Assembly (NCBI RefSeq): GCF_000143415.4
Contig: NW_003314334.1
Location: forward strand, 261,816-325,815
Direction: 5' to 3'
DNA: 64,000 nucleotides
Origin: Selaginella moellendorffii
Lineage: Eukaryota; Plantae; Lycopodiophyta
The notes below the pieces were generated by a model. The model ran no database searches. It was not told where the DNA came from and was given only the letters and a program-made list of their open reading frames with translations. The translations under genes were made by a program, and so were the position numbers. Position 1 is the first letter of the stretch; the number at the start of each line of letters is the position of its first letter. Shown here one piece after another: positions 1 to 11,160 of this stretch.

Positions 1-849
1 TCTTGTTAGTGTTTTGGCTTCACATTAGATCTTGAAGGTCGTTGAAGAAGAGTGTTAGTGCAATGTGGATATCCAAAGATGTGGTCTTCGTGATCAAGCC
101 TTGGATGTTCATTTTGCACTTTGCGGAAGTTCGATGTTGGTTAAATGGGCAAAGATGTTCGATGCTTAAGCATGCTATATGGGTCATGAGAATTGGTGTT
201 GAGGTGAACCTGTGTGAAGTTGTTAGTAGGAGGAAGTTGGTTGAGTCTTGAAAGTTTGCATTCCTGGACTAAGAGTCATTCTTTCTCTAGGATGGAAATT
301 TTCCACAAATTTTCTTAGACTTTTCCAATGGCTGATCTGTCGGTCACTTTGCTCGAAAACCAGTCCATTTTCGTAAACCAGTATAAACTAGTGAAGAGGT
401 TGGAGTTGACTTTGGTTGGCTTGAACCTTAGTAAATAGTTTGTATGATGCGGCCTGAAAGGGATGCTAACTTTTGGGGCTAAGGCAATTGAGTTGGATAG
501 AGTCTAGAGTTGATATAAAAAAGTGGCCGTTGCACTTTTCTCAGAAAGGTGACCCTTGTACCTTTCTTTTGTAGCGTGGTGCTTGGTGGTAGATTGCACC
601 TTGCATTACGTTAGACTCTATGAGAGTAGTGAGCTCTCAGTGATCTTGACTTAGTCTTGGTAGCCCTGCACCTTGGCTGAGGATGGTGATGTCCAACTTA
701 GTTGTTTGAGGTTGAGATGTTAGTACCCGTACTATAGCTTTGTCTATGAGGAGGTTGTGTACCGATATGAGTTCATCTCATGGTCTTCACTTTCGTTTCG
801 GCTGAGTGTTGATCATGCATAGCTAGCCTCTTCAAGCGGTGGCCCGATC

Positions 850-949
850 NNNNNNNNNNNNNNNNNNNNNNNNNNNNNNNNNNNNNNNNNNNNNNNNNNN
901 NNNNNNNNNNNNNNNNNNNNNNNNNNNNNNNNNNNNNNNNNNNNNNNNN
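850..949. other. Assembly gap (100 N)
   Basis: Run of N. Confidence 1.
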
Positions 950-979
950 AGCTGGTACTACACTTAGATGAACTGCATC

Positions 980-1990
980 AGAGGATACCAACAAAGTCAC
1001 GCTAGGAGTAATATAATTGTTGATAATCTTGGAAGAAACCTCATAAAAATGTTAAACCATCAAAAGATAAATGTGCACTTGGATTATCACATAGTGTACC
1101 ATTTTGTGTTCCGCATCCACATAATATTGGATTGTTGCAATGGAAATCATCTCCTGGTGCACTGCAACAAGCCACTTTATAAGTTTTAAATCCATATTGA
1201 TCCATATTTCATAAGCTCAGTGCGTGCAGAGAACCAATCAAAATAGTATAGTTCAATATCATCGTTCTGATTTTTAATATCATTCACGATATCCAAAATA
1301 GCTTAATAATATTTGTAAGCTCAATAACATATTGCATACCCCCAATATCAACAAATTCTTGTAAATAGCCACGAGAACAATCTTGACGAGGAAGATTCAT
1401 CACCAGAAAATGTTTGGCACCAGAATTATATAAATCCATAATACTAGATTTAATGCCAGCCACCACAGATGGAATTGATATTTTCCATATTGCATACCAT
1501 AATTAGGATTATTACCAATATAATAAAGTGCTTTATCTTTATGAAGTTGTAATATTGTTTATGTCATAGAAAACCTGAAACTTGCGTAGATAAAACATGA
1601 GAACAGAAGTATTATAATACTAGTTGGACGAACAGTCACTCCAAATTCAGGCCCATAAAATAAGTTCCATTGTAAGTCAAGCTAGGACGCTCAAAATCTC
1701 CAAGCTTGAGAGAACAAGCTAAATAATCAATACAAATATATCCATCCCCTGTCGTTTTTTTCCAAGTGTCACTCAATATGGCAAATTTCCAGAGAGACTA
1801 AAAGCGCCAGCAGCAATTGCTTCAAGGTTGCGGTTGCCAGTATCAGAGAGTGAATCAGTAAAGCTAAAGATTGCTGAGGAACACAAGTGCCATTGAATTT
1901 TTTAGCATTATCACCACCTTTGAATCAAGGAGAATTGAAAAGAATGAACGGAAAGCCATGGAAAAAACAAAAAAGACTTGATGAAAACAA
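980..1990 (-). pseudogene. GDSL esterase/lipase pseudogene (module Y1)
   Basis: Reverse complement of 45651-46620. Encodes AIFSFTDSLSDTGN (block I, GDSL-like) and SSIMDLYNSGAKHFLVMNLP. Contains stops and frameshifts; AT-rich. Confidence 0.8.
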
Positions 1991-2199
1991 TGACCTTATA
2001 TACGCAAGAGTGTGGTGTCATTTTTATCTGAAATGTTGATATTTTTGTGGGAATAATCTTTAAAATATATTTTTCTTTCTATACTAGTAACATAGGATTA
2101 ATTCTCTTGTTTTTCCCATGTCAGCCTTTCTACATTCCAAATGCTACAAAATGACCACTATCCGCTAGCTAGAAAAGTTACTTGTACGATGATGATCAT

Positions 2200-3624
2200 G
2201 TCAGTGTTACCGGTTCATAAGTGTGGATAACAATACATATGCTCCTCCCTGCTCTGGATTCATCCTGAATACCATTTTTGCAGCACGGCCCCCGTTCTGT
2301 AAGACTCTATGGCTGGCCCAAGCAAGCTAGTCCACTCCAAAACATCTGGAAAATATGGCAGGTTTGCAATGGCCTCATTGAGATGCCCTGACCGGCCCAA
2401 CAGATCCACAAAGCATCGATTGGCTCCATTCCATAGTCTGCTACCACTGAAGCAAAGGCACTACCTTCCTCGCCTCACATTTCCAGTATGGCTGCAAGCC
2501 ACCAGACCCAAAACAAAGCACGTCAAGTCCGGGAGGTGTGTCTTTAGAGAACCAAACAGTTCCAATGCCTCAAATGAGCTAGGGCTACCAGCATCCCGGC
2601 ATATGAAACCATGTCAGGCACGGGAATCAGGGCCAGCAGCTTCAAATCTCTGCCCAGATGCCCATTACCGGCATATGCTGTCAGCACAGTATTCCACGTG
2701 GCAGATTCGTGTTGGGGGAGACTTACAAACATTCTTATGGCCTTGGCCAGATGCCCATGCTGAGAATATGCCGAGAGCATTGTGTTGAAGGATAGGAGGC
2801 CTTGCTCTGGCACGGGGTTGAAGTGGTGCTGTATCTCCTCGATTCTGTACGCCACACTCTTGCTTTTCAAGAGCAGCATTGTGGTCCATGACACAAGATC
2901 CCTCTGTGGCATTTTCTCAAACACGCACGTTGACTGCTCTATGCAACTGTTGGCTGGCATATGCCGCAAGCATTGACAATGTCCCTAAAAACATGGTTGT
3001 TGTGCTTCTCTCTTCTAGGAAGTTTGTAGATTCCTCTACACGACCGGCACGGGCATACGCTGCCAGCATGCCATTCCACGTCGCCACATTCCGCAAAGGA
3101 ATACTGCCAAACAGCTGCTGGGAGAGATCCAGCCGTCCATTCTCGGAGCAGCCATGTCTCTCTCCGGCATTTGCTCAAAGACCCCAACCGCAGCCTCTAC
3201 CTCTCCACACTGGGCAGTGGGCATACACACTGATCTGATCATTGTTGTGTCGCTCACCTCGTTTCTAGCGGGCATTTCCTCGAACATCTTCACTCACTCT
3301 TGCATATGCCCAGTCCGGGCATATCCCGCCAAGAGCACATTCCAAGGCATGACGCTCTTGTGGGGCAAAGATTCTCTGGGCTTCCTCCAAAACCCCGTTC
3401 AGTACGTAGGCATTGAGCAGGAGACCCCAGGAGAAGGAATCTTTTCTGGGGAGCGAGTCAAACACGCGGCGGGCATTAGAGACAGTAGAGCACCTCCCGT
3501 ACATCTGGATGAGCTTGTTGCAAAGGAAGATATCGCCGCTAGTGATGGATTGGATCCTGGAGTGAGCTTGGAGAGCTTGAGATGGAGTTGCACAGCATTG
3601 GATGAGCTCCAAGCACCCAGTCAT
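2200..3624 (-). pseudogene. PLS-class pentatricopeptide repeat (PPR) pseudogene (Y1)
   Basis: DIFLCNKLIQMYGRC..ARRVFDSLPRKDSFSW, VFEKMPQRDLVSWTTML and SFNTMLSAYSQHGH motifs lie in several frames, so the gene is frameshifted. Confidence 0.85.
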
Positions 3625-3642
3625 TCTTTCATTCTTTGTGAG

Positions 3643-3653
3643 TTTAGGGTTTT
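3643..3653. promoter_or_regulatory. Telo-box (AAACCCTAA) in the 40-nt spacer between the divergent PPR and PRMT7 starts
   Basis: tttagggtttt lies between ATG 3624(-) and ATG 3665(+); it is also present in the other two Y copies. Confidence 0.4.
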
Positions 3654-3664
3654 AGAAGGAAGCA

Positions 3665-5991
3665 ATGCTCCAGCAGCGGGTGAATGCGCTCACGGGGGAG
3701 AGCGAATGGATTCTCGTTGGCGATGGAGGCGACGGCGGCGATGCGAGCGATCCCCTGGCAGAGAGCTCGTATCTTGACATGCTGAATGATCGCGCCAGGA
3801 ACAGGGCATTCTCTTCAGCAATCGCGAAGGTCGGCCGCCATGGCCATGTCCTGGACATTGGGTGAGGCTAGAGAGATCCTTCTTTCGTTTCCTGAGCTCG
3901 TTCTTGACAGTGCTGGCACTGGGCTCTTGTCGCTCATGGCTTGGCGGGCAATGGAAGAGCAGTGCCAGGTGACTGCTTGCGAATCTTTTCTTCCAATGTA
4001 CAAGCTGGCTCGCAAAGTTTGCCGAGACAATGGGACGATGGGAGCGATCAAGCTGCTCCATATGGGCTCGGATGAGATCAAAGTCGGGGTGGACATCTCT
4101 AGCAAAGCCGATGCATTGGTACGCTAAGTCTGTACACATTCTTCTTCTTCGTTTCCTCTGGACTCTTTGTCTCTCCAGGTGTGTGAGATTTTAGACTCGG
4201 AGTTGCTTGGAGAAGGGATCATTCCAAGTCTAAGGAACGCTCATGAGCATTTACTCCGGCCTAATGCTGCCACAGTGCCATATCGAGCTACTGTGTATGC
4301 CCAGGTATATAGCAAAGTCTTTTTTCTTAGCTCAGTGTTGAGTTTACTTCTTTCTCTTAGCTAGTCGAGAGCGACTTTCTCTGGAGATTGCACGACCTTC
4401 AAGGGGTAGAAGACCAGCTGCAGGACGGATTGGCTTTCGCTCCCAATGATTTCTACTCTTACTTCAAGCACAGACAGCATGCGTTTCACGTTGATGAAAT
4501 CCCCGGTATGAAGCTGGTAATTTAGTAGAGTTCTCTTACAAGTTACCAAAACCCGTGGCGCTGCAGCTTTCCGAGCCGTTTGAGGCCTTCGTTCTTGACT
4601 TCTATAGAGCTCCAGATGTGCGTGGAGAATTTAATCAAGCCGTGCATGTCAACTTCTCTGGGACTGCTCACGCAATAGTTTCATGGTACGAAACTTGCTC
4701 GGATTCGCTACTTCTTGGTTCGCTTTCTTCTCTGCTTGAACTTGACAAGGTGGGTGCTGCAGCTTGACAAAGATGGCCTGGTTTGCTACTCAACTGCTCC
4801 TCGTTGGATCAGAGGTTTGTTTTCCTGTTCGATTCTTTGAGTAACTCCGCAGATTTGTGTTCTCAGGGGCAAGCGAGTGGTGTGACCATTGGAAACAATG
4901 TGTGTGGTTTCTTCCTGGACAAGGTGTTTCGGTGGAGGAGCAGTCGGAGCTTCGCGTCGTAGTCAGCCATGATGAAGCGTCAGTGCGGTATGACATCAAT
5001 GGTGGTGTATGCTGTAATAGTTCAGCGTCTGGTTTCGAGCTGAGCCTACAAAGGTGTCGCATGCTTGGTGACGGTAGCAGGCGTTCTATCATACAGTCTG
5101 CCATTCAGAAAGCTGTAAGTGTGTTTTGAATCTGTGAGTACGATTGTTTCTTTTTCTTTCTGTCCAGCTTGGAGAACGAGAACTTGGAAACTGTCTCATT
5201 CGGGATGACGGCCTGATGAGCGCCGTGTGTGCTCTATCTACAGCGCATGGATCCTGCCATGTGGCTGGCTTGTTTCCAGGCTGTAGAAGAGATGGCTTGA
5301 AGTACTTGGAGAGCGTCGCGAGCAAGCTGTCTATTATACACAAAGACGGCAAGCATCTCACTGGGGACGATTTCAAGGGGCATAAAGTATACAGTCTTGC
5401 AACTCCATTGGATATGGACGGGTTTCTTTCTTTTCGCGACAGGTGGATGTTCTTCTAGGGGAGCCTTATTACGCCACGTACGAGCATGCGTTGCCGTGGA
5501 AGCAGCTTCGGTTTTGGTTCGTTTTCGTTTCGTTTTCTAAAGAGTTGGAAGTTGTTTTAAAGCAGTGAGAATCCAGGTACGAGAGAACGACGCTAAGTCC
5601 GTTGCTATCAGAGAACCCTATTATAGTTCCCTGCTTTGGAATTCTCTATGGGATGGCTTGTCATCTTCCTGTAAGTTGATTATTTTCTCTGCAGTGACTT
5701 TGGTTTCATGTTGGCTAAATCAGGATTTGTGGCAAAGCCGCTGTCGCCTTGAAGAAGTCGATGGCTTTGATCACAGGTCATTGACAAAACCGTTTTCGCT
5801 GCTCGAGTTCAACATGCGTCAGGAAGAGTCTAAGTGGATTTGCAAAGGTTATTCAATTCTGTCCTCTTTGGTACCACTTAATGTTTTCTGCTACTTTTGC
5901 ACAGGTTAGCGTTGTAAAGACTGGGCTCTGCCATGGAGTTGTCCTGTGGATGGACTGGGTGATGGATCCCGAGAACAAGGATTTGGTACTT
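3665..5991 (+). pseudogene. PRMT7: Protein arginine N-methyltransferase 7, copy 1 (3'-truncated)
   Basis: Multi-exon with short GT-AG introns. Motifs: NALTGESEW, SYLDMLND..RN, VLDIG|AGTGLLSLMA (motif I), CEILDSELLGEG, WCDHWKQCVWF. A 5-nt deletion near 5820 relative to copy 2; the gene breaks at 5991, where it joins module X. Confidence 0.85.
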
Positions 5992-6206
5992 AGCAATCCA
6001 ACACACCTCAAATTGGGAACAAGCAAAGCTTTTGATTGCAAGGTATGCATACAATGCCTCTCTATAGTGGAGTCTCTGAAGTTTCTAGATCTATAGTAGA
6101 TTTGAGAGCCTAGGATTGTTTACTTCAGTCTTGAGAACAATGGATTATAGCAAGCAGCCTTATTCATTCATAATAGTAATGCCCATAACTAGTTTCAGCA
6201 ACTAGA

Positions 6207-7045
6207 CTAGACAGGCAGAGCGATACCCCCTGCAGCGCAGAGATCAGCTCCGGTGTTGCGATCGTAGAGACTGCAGCCCTCTTTCATGTCCTCGCAGCTG
6301 CGGCGTGCATTCCTGCAAGACTGCAGGGTGGTGCCCTGAAAAGTTACAGACTTGGCACAAATGGACACTCTGGGCAGGCAAACGAGGGCGCAAACCCCCA
6401 TGGGGTCTTCAGTAGGCAGGCAGGTGCTGTTTGCGGATGGATTCTCCAAGTAGATGCAACCGGATTTCCCGAAGCAGCAACCACAGTTATCTTTGGAGAC
6501 CTCGGCATTGCAGACCTCCACAATCGAATCAAGCTTACACTTCCTTCCTGCCATGAGCTCTATCGGAGAGGGCTGAGCTTCCTGAACATAATGAACAAGG
6601 CGGTTACCTTGATCTGTGCCCTGCTGCTCCAGCCGCGGGATGGGGTCACCGTTAACGATGTTGTAGTAACCGCATCCAGGTTGTCGGGGTGGGAGTTTTC
6701 CCTTGAGCACCTTGATGCCTGATGTTGGGAATCCTGATGAAGGCAATGGGCATACGGCCAACTTCGGACCTTGGCACTCCCGGGTACAAGCCCTTGAATC
6801 ACCGCCAATGCAAGTGACTTGTCCTGAACCAGGTTGCAGATAGACACAACCTTTCTTCAGACTACAGCAGTTGCTGCAATCGGTATAGGTGAGGTCACCA
6901 TTGCAAACCTCGACGACACCACCTTGAGCAGCTGCAAGAACAGGAGTCCGAGTTAGAATCGAACATACAAGTGGAGATCTCTCTCACAGGATAACGAGGC
7001 CAACAGAAGAAGAACGAGCACGGGGAGATTGCCGCTTCCAGCCAT
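6207..7045 (-). CDS. Secreted multi-domain Pin-II (potato type II, I20)-like protease inhibitor, copy 1 (260 aa, 2 exons)
   Basis: Signal peptide MAGSGNLPVLVLLLLASLS, a 56-nt phase-1 intron, then CSNCC-x4-GC...ACTREC..VCP, CGCC-x4-GC...CALVC..IC and a third partial Cys repeat. Reading frame intact. Confidence 0.75.
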
Positions 7046-7152
7046 ACTTCTCTATTGCAGATCTGATGGGCTTTTGAAGTCCAGCATTGGTGCTTTAGAA
7101 ATGTTCAAAACGTGTGTCCTTGACACAATGGATATCTTAATGCAGTAAGATA

Positions 7153-7262
7153 AGCCCTCTCACCACGGATGTGACGGGCGAGCTGAATGTCCTTTGGCAA
7201 TGCCAAAGGACATCTAATGCCAAATTGGCATTAGATAGTGGCTTGCTTTGCGAAGATTCACC
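7153..7262 (-). pseudogene. Histone H3 C-terminal relic carrying a palindromic insertion
   Basis: Encodes PKDIQLARHIRGERA. The cleaner copy is at 48944-49020. Confidence 0.7.
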
Positions 7263-7699
7263 GGTAAAATGCGGGAACAATGCCCAGTCTCAGCACAAAA
7301 ACAAATATCAGCTCCAGTGTTGCAAACGTAGAGATTGCAGCCCTTGATAGAATGAGCGGACCGAAGCTGGAGAGCCTAGGCCTGAAAAACGATCAGGCAC
7401 GGTTGCAAGGGTGCAGGGTAACAAGTTGCATACGGTGGCAATTTATTTTGGAAAAATGCTCGTCTCGACCATTTTGATTTTTTATATTCATTTTCTGTTG
7501 TCACATATATTGTCTGTATTGAAAACATATATGCCACTAGCAACCCTTGTACCAGGGGTGCTACCCCGATCGATTTTTTGCTCTTAGGTAGGGAAAGCTG
7601 GATTACTCCTGTGTTGAGAGCTCATAAAATAGAGTAAATGGCAGCATCTGTTAGAACTAAGCTGAACATGCACACAACCAAGGCAGGTAGCTCACTGGT

Positions 7700-8260
7700 A
7701 GAGCACCTGGCACCGGTGTAGGAGGTCCTGCCTGTCCAGCCATTTTCCAACGGCATCCATCCCTCCAGCTGGCTGAAAGTTTGGATCCCAGGACCATTTT
7801 GCACTAACAATGCAAACTTTAATTGAACCAGGCCATGGGGAAGAGTCAACCATTGAACCCAAGCATGATCAATAACAAGGACTCGACGCAAAGAGTTTCT
7901 TCAATTCTCATATTGGTGTTGGTACAGTGGTTCACATTGAGTTGGTAGCTTCCCAGACAACTTGTTTGGTTGCTGCTAAAGTTCCTTGATGGAACACTGC
8001 CTTCAAACCTGTTGTTGGTCGCATTGGAGCTGAAATTTTTGGAAGGCTCACCCGAGAAGATGGCCTCCCAGTTTGTTGGAGTTTAACAGAAGTATGCTCG
8101 GAAAGCTGAGAGGAATGCTGCCTTGTAGGTGACTAATATCTGCCGAATCTCAGGAGAGCTGAACAAGCTAGAAGCAGTTAGAGAGTTCCTAATCCCTGCA
8201 AGCTGGAATAGTTGGTTTATGAATATCTATCAAATCCATCAAATCCAATGCACCTTCACT
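7700..8260 (-). pseudogene. Degenerate leucine-rich-repeat (LRR-RLK/RLP-like) relic (X1)
   Basis: Fragments LSNC..LVQL, LQGSIPLSF, LLLNSNKLGG and NNRFEGSVP, with many stops. Confidence 0.45.
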
Positions 8261-8477
8261 GAAAATGTCAACACAGTGAGCCATTTCCTCCAAACACAGT
8301 AGGTGTAATGGGACCAATGTCGTACTTGGCACTGTCCATAAACCATGGCTACAACAAAATAGCAATCGTTGGCATTGCTTTGGCTTGTACATGTGATCTG
8401 AAATATGTCCTGCCAGCCCACGAGAGAACGAGCTTTTTAAATGCTTGAAAACGTTTACTGTTTGGAACGTACATAGG

Positions 8478-9130
8478 ATGAAGTTATCGCCTCTGACGGT
8501 GAATCCAAAGCCCTCTCTCCAGATTGTCGCGAGTTTTACAAGTTCCCAGCAAGACACAACCTCACTGGCTGGACGAATCCAGAGCATGGCCCGTGGTGAT
8601 TCGGCCTCTTTTGTTTTGCGTGGTTTACTCCCAAAGCCGGAGATCAACTTTCATGCTGGGATGCTGGCCGGTGTAACCTTGGGGACGGTGTCTGGTGACG
8701 AGTTATTGCAGGGGCCGAGCCTGACCGAATCAACTGGTAAGCTAGAAGTTTTTTTCGTATTTACGTATTCGCTGACTGATACTTTATTCCAGCGGCTTCG
8801 ACATGGTCCGTAGCCAACGCCACGGCATTTGGACAGTGGATACAGAGCAGAGGCTCCATCTCTCCCGTTGCATCCGGCTACGTCATCTCCGGCCCGACCA
8901 CAGCTCTACGAGCCGAGGTTGTTCATGTTTCCATGGAGGAGGAATGGCCGAGGACGCTCCAGAACGGTCTCGTAGCACACTTCGGCTCCTCCAAGGCTCG
9001 AGACAGGAGATGCAAGGGATGCGTCTGGGTGGGAATGGCTTGTGTGACAACGCCGGTAGTAGCAGCAGTGTGGGCACAGGAAAGCCAGGGAGCAGCAGCG
9101 GCATCAAGCTGCAAATCCGCTACGTTCTAG
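8478..9130 (+). CDS. Unknown two-exon protein (~198 aa), X1
   Basis: Removing the 56-nt GT-AG intron 8737-8792 (GCTGAC branch point) joins ORF 8445-8813 in frame to ORF 8933-9130. No family recognised; may be a relic of a longer gene. Confidence 0.4.
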
Positions 9131-9671
9131 AGCAACTTGGAGCGGAATTTTATGGCCTCTCGTGGCTGACCATCAGTCCCATGTATCTCCACCGGCATCC
9201 AGTGCTGCCTTACCACTGCGGCGTAGTGCTGCGGCTGGAGAAGCTACTGGATTACCCGGAGGCACCACCACCGCCGCCGCCGCCGCCGCCGTTATGATTA
9301 TGTACATACGATGTTTAAAACGACAGTATAAATATACGTATTCTTATTAAGCAAAGGGAAGATTAAAAAAAAAAGAGTTTAGCCTTTGTTCATTAACCAT
9401 CTCTTCTTTGTTGAGCATACAATGGCGGACTCAAGGGGCTCTTTTCCAGACGTATCACGCTAAACCGGTTAAAGACCGATCGATGCTTAACCTCACAACA
9501 ATGCACAGCCATATTTCTTGCTGATATCGGTTCTAAGCCAAGGCGCATTGGCCAATGTCGCATTGCTGGATTCCTACCACTTTCGATGAAACTGCATTCT
9601 CTCTCGATCAGCCAAAACACCAAGCTATCTTTTAAAATAAAATAATAGAAATTATAAGAACTAAATTTCAG

Positions 9672-10020
9672 AGGATACCCAACAAAGTCACGCTAGGAGT
9701 AATATAATTGTTGATAATCTTGGAAGAAACCTCATAAAAATGTTAAACCATCAAAAGATAAATGTGCACTTGGATTATCACATAGTGTACCATTTTGTGT
9801 TCCGCATCCACATAATATTGGATTGTTGCAATGGAAATCATCTCCTGGTGCACTGCAACAAGCCACTTTATAAGTTTTAAATCCATATTGATCCATATTT
9901 CATAAGCTCAGTGCGTGCAGAGAACCAATCAAAATAGTATAGTTCAATATCATCGTTCTGATTTTTAATATCATTCACGATATCCAAAATAGCTTAATAA
10001 TATTTGTAAGCTCAATAACA
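9672..10020 (-). pseudogene. GDSL lipase 3' fragment (Y2)
   Basis: Near-identical to 980-1330; a deletion fuses it directly to the PPR remnant. Confidence 0.7.
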
Positions 10021-11120
10021 TAGTCTGCTACCACTGAAGCAAAGGCACTACCTTCCTCGCCTCACATTTCCAGTATGGCTGCAAGCCACCAGACCCAAAA
10101 CAAAGCACGTCAAGTCCGGGAGGTGGAGTGTCTTTAGAGAACCAAACAGTTCCAATGCCTCAAATGAGCTAGGGCTACCAGCATCCCGGCATATGAAACC
10201 ATGTCAGGCACGGGAATCAGGGCCAGCAGCTTCAAATCTCTGCCCAGATGCCCATTACCGGCATATGCTGTCAGCACAGTATTCCACGTGGCAGATTCGT
10301 GTTGGGGGAGACTTACAAACATTCTTATGGCCTTGGTCAGATGCCCATGCTGAGAATATGCCGAGAGCATTGTGTTGAAGGATAGGAGGCCTTGCTCTGG
10401 CACGGGGTTGAAGTTGTGCTGTATCTCCTCGATTCCGTACGCCACACTTGCTTTTCAAGAGCAGCATTGTGGTCCATGACACAAGATCCCTCTGTGGCAT
10501 TTTCTCAAACACGCACGTTGACTGCTCTATGCAACTGTGACTGGCATATGCCGCAAACATTGAGTTCCAGGAGACAATGTCCCTAAAAACATGGTTGTTG
10601 TGCATGAAACCAGGCTTCTTTCTGGCATCTCTTCTAGGAAGTTTGTAGATTCCTCTACACGACCGGCACGGGCATACGCTGCCAGCATGCCATTCCACGT
10701 CGCCACATCAAAGGAATACTGCCAAACAGCTGCTGGGAGAGATCCAGCCGTCCATTCTCGGAGCATGCCGCAGACTCGAACATCTTGACGCACTCTTGCA
10801 TATGCCCAGTCCGGGCATATCCCGCCAAGGGCACATTCCAAGGCATGACGCTCTTGTGGGGCAAAGATTCTCTGGGCTTCCTCCAAAACCCCGTTCAGTA
10901 CGTAGGCATTGAGCAGGAGATCCCAGGAGAAGGAATCTTTTCTGGGGAGCGAGTCAAACACGCGGCGGGCATTAGAGACAGTAGAGCACCTCCCGTACAT
11001 CTGGATGAGCTTGTTGCAAAGGAAGATATCGCCGCTAGTGATGGATTGGATCCTGGAGTGAGCTTGGAGAGCTTGAGATGGAGTTGCACAGCATTGGATG
11101 AGCTCCAAGCACCCAGTCAT
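10021..11120 (-). pseudogene. PLS-class PPR pseudogene (Y2)
   Basis: Paralogue of 2200-3624 with different indels; frameshifted. Confidence 0.85.
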
Positions 11121-11160
11121 TCTTTCATTCTTTGTGAGTTTAGGGTTTTAGAAGGAAGCA

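Noticed and set aside
1-849. Possible decayed retrotransposon sequence on the minus strand
   Set aside because: The composition resembles 50.4-51.9 kb and there is an MDWF-like motif, but I cannot support any domain.
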